Assembly: GCA_002633005.1 (NCBI GenBank)
Contig: NMRA01000126.1
Span: forward strand, 202,979-266,978
Length of the DNA: 64,000 nt
Source: Phoronis australis
Taxonomy: Eukaryota > Animalia > Phoronida
Direction of reading: 5' to 3'
This document shows positions 61,122-64,000 of this stretch, piece after piece. A model generated the notes under the pieces. It worked only from the letters and a program-made list of their open reading frames with translations. It did no database searches and was not told the origin of the DNA. Numbering within the stretch: the first letter of the stretch is position 1; each line of letters starts with the position of its first letter. Position numbers and translations under genes: made by a program.

Positions 61122-63977
61122 AAGTGGCGGATCTACGGGGGGGTTCAGGGGGTTTAACCCCCCGCCCTCTCGGGCCAGGACCCAAAAATTAAAAAACCGT
61201 CTCCAGCAAAACAAAAACGGCACCGCCAGCGTGTATCAACCCCAAGTAAAAAACTTGGAAAAATAAGGGGTGTGGGTTCATTCTGAAAATATATTTTTTG
61301 CATTGGGAATTGCTGTTATGAAAATCAACGCATTTCGAGTCAGTCTTCTTAGCTCATCGGCAAAACCCGGAGATCAATTGTGAGCGCGCTTCCGTAGACA
61401 ATTCTGAAGTAGCCAAGCATTTTAGACGAATCCACCGCAGCTCTATAGCTGATTTCTTTAGGTAACTAGTTTCTTTACTCTAACACATGTTTTGATTTGA
61501 TTAGGGGAAATACTGTGGTGCCGCAACCCTGATATTCTGGCGAATTGACTTGCAACGTTTTTACCTCATCTGTCATGCCGTGTCATCCTATTACACCCCA
61601 CACGTTTGTAACTCGAATTTGACTGATGTATAGTAAAGTTGTCTTGCGCAATATCATACAGTGTACATGTACATGTAATGCTTTTGAAAAAAAACTTGTT
61701 TTCCGAAGAATTGCTATTGTGGCGGGTGCCGTGGTCTGGTCGCGAGTCTGTTTGAAGATGCACTCTAACAAGTTATGTCTATACAAGGAATGACCAAGGG
61801 GGCACTCACATTGACAAAGTGACCGCATTCAGTTCGCGAACAGTGTACAGTACCAGAAGTTGCAGGGAGGCTGTATTTTTACAACAAAGTCTTGCGGGAC
61901 TCGTGCGATGTTCAATAGGCCTCCTAAGGAGCCCTAGTGCCGACCTCAACACCTACCGTCCTTCTACCTGCAATAAGCACCACTGCCGTTTTCTATACTG
62001 GGAATTTCCGCAGAAAGGCCCACCCGACGAAATGCCCATGCCCATAAAATTTTATTTGATGTTAGTACTTCGGGTTTCAAGCGTTCAGACATTGGGTCGT
62101 TTATTTCGAAAATTGCAAGAGATGCAAATGGGTCCTGGGATACATCGTCAAGGTTTGAATTAGTCCATGATAAACGGATCAAATTTAGTTGCGCATGCTG
62201 ATAGTCTTTTGAATGGACTTGGTAACCTCAGAGGGCTTAGTGCCAACTGAGCTGCGAAACGACATGCTGGCATTGTAGACGCGTACAAGCTCATTGACAC
62301 AACAGTTGACGAAGTGCAAGTGTTGGGAACAAACGTCGCAGATGTCTGGGAAGAATGGTTCCAAGAGGAGCAAACCATTGGATCCGATGTACAGATTCCT
62401 CGGCAGTCTAGACAACAGAAAGATAGGACCAACGTTCCTGGAGAAACACCCACTAGGTAATAAGTTATAATTCTACACAATTTGTAATAATGACGGTTTC
62501 TTATACTTGTGTACAATGGAAACGAAATAGAAATTATTTTTGGACATGCCAAATTTACCCCGTACAGCAGAGGGTCTACGAGCGCACAGAAACTGATTCT
62601 GGTTTGTATTTCCACTTGAGTGTATCTGCTTCATATCTAAAATCTATTTCACGTAGTGCGTAGTTAAATCTGCACTCAATAATTGTTTCGTTTCTTCCAG
62701 TGAGTACTACAGAACGGTGCGAAAACCCTTCCTAGACAACCTGTCGCAACAATTGACCACCAGATGTGTAAACTACACGTATGAGCAACCACTGGGAATT
62801 AAAAAGTCTCTAGAGAGAAGTTTTAAATTCAATTTTTTTGCAAAGTACGCTTTAGGTCTCGCGACGGACCAGGCCACCTTGATTTGTGTAGATATCGAGT
62901 TTCAGTTCTGGTCCCTCGGCGAACTAGTCTTGTGATGTTTTTTAGCAAAGTGTGCTTTGTAAAGCTATATATCTTAGCCAGTACTGTTTGGTCCCGCGAC
63001 AGATCAACTATTTTTATAGGGATAATAAGCACAGGTGTTTTTTTGGTCTCTAGACGGACCAGGCCAGAGTTTTTGTGTACTCTCAGTGTACATCTGGTCC
63101 CTCTGCGAACTGCTCCTGTACACTGATCTTTTCACCACGGTGTACAGAATGTTTTGGTTTCGTGAAACTGAATTCAGATGATTTGTTTCCTGATACATTT
63201 GACGTTTTTCAATTGTTGTCAACGTAATTCAGCTTAATAAAGTGATACTTAATTGTTTATTCTCGCTTTTTATAATAGACTATGAGCTGAGCACCATCGT
63301 TTGCCAGTTTTTCTCGTAACGAGACAGAACACATGTTTATTTCCGGACTAACAGTACAGGTCTTCGTTCTTAAACAGCTTGAGGCTGTTGAGATCACCTG
63401 ATATTCAAGTTTTTACGCCCCGTCGGTGGTCCTTATGCTCTTGAATATTTGGTAGTTTTCAAAACCCCTGTATACACACCACACTTTTTCGTATGCTAAA
63501 AAGGTGTGTGTAAGCAGATGTTCCAACAAAATGTTTTGCTGGTGGTGTGACTCATACCCAGATGTGCACAAATATGGTTTCACGAAACTTATGAGCCAAG
63601 TTCATGTGACGAAATCGAGAAGGGTTAACTTTTTAATTATCTTAAGAAAACTCCAGGGACATGTTAAGTGCCAGAAACGTACCAGGATGCATGGAAATTT
63701 CACTGTTTGGCTACAAAAACATCTTTTGCACAGACTGCATGACGGCTCATCACCCCTCATGTTATCAGTTAAAAGCTCAATGTTCATCTTCTCCTCCCTA
63801 TCCCGTAAAGTTTCAATTTCAAAAAGTACGGGAAGAACGCAACTACAAACTCAATTCATAGATTTCTGATAGTTGTAATTTTTCGGTGAAAGTTAGGATA
63901 GGCAGTGTCGGATAAAGGATGGGAACCCTGACAATTTGAGCCACCCCTCTCCCAGTCACCACAATTTTCACCCCCCC
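61122..63977 (+). mobile_element. hAT deletion derivative copy 2 (right end probably in the terminal gap)
   Basis: aagtggcggatctacg left TIR; transposase remnant IVDAYKLIDTTVDEVQVL..VWEEWF..IPRQSRQQKDRTNVPGETP; collinear with 43678-46060. Confidence 0.8.
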
Positions 63978-64000
63978 NNNNNNNTATTACTGATTGACAA

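Noticed and set aside
62160-62615. Minus-strand ORFs shared by both hAT copies (also 44551-44978)
   Set aside because: Antisense shadows of the plus-strand transposase remnant, shared only because the element is duplicated.

Overview
Eukaryotic (animal, probably a marine invertebrate) genomic window. It holds three recognisable genes: a minus-strand, 16-coding-exon TMC (transmembrane channel-like) gene that probably runs off the left edge; a complete 7-exon BCAS2/SPF27 gene head-to-head with it; and a divergent SLC35C1-like nucleotide-sugar transporter with a single coding exon, tail-to-tail with BCAS2. An isolated LDL-receptor class A exon lies at about 59.3 kb. The rest is transposon-derived: six Helentron-type non-autonomous elements (HINE/DINE-1-like), two related hAT deletion derivatives, a THAP-bearing Kolobok-like remnant, several MITEs and two LINE 3' fragments. 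The most striking pattern is in the HINE core arrays, which are ~147-bp monomers arranged as a ~440-bp trimer. Each monomer carries a same-strand CTCF-consensus-like motif, and every copy is co-oriented with its host gene. The TMC protein also has unusual residues at presumed pore positions. Exon models, family calls and alignments were made by eye; no database search was run.
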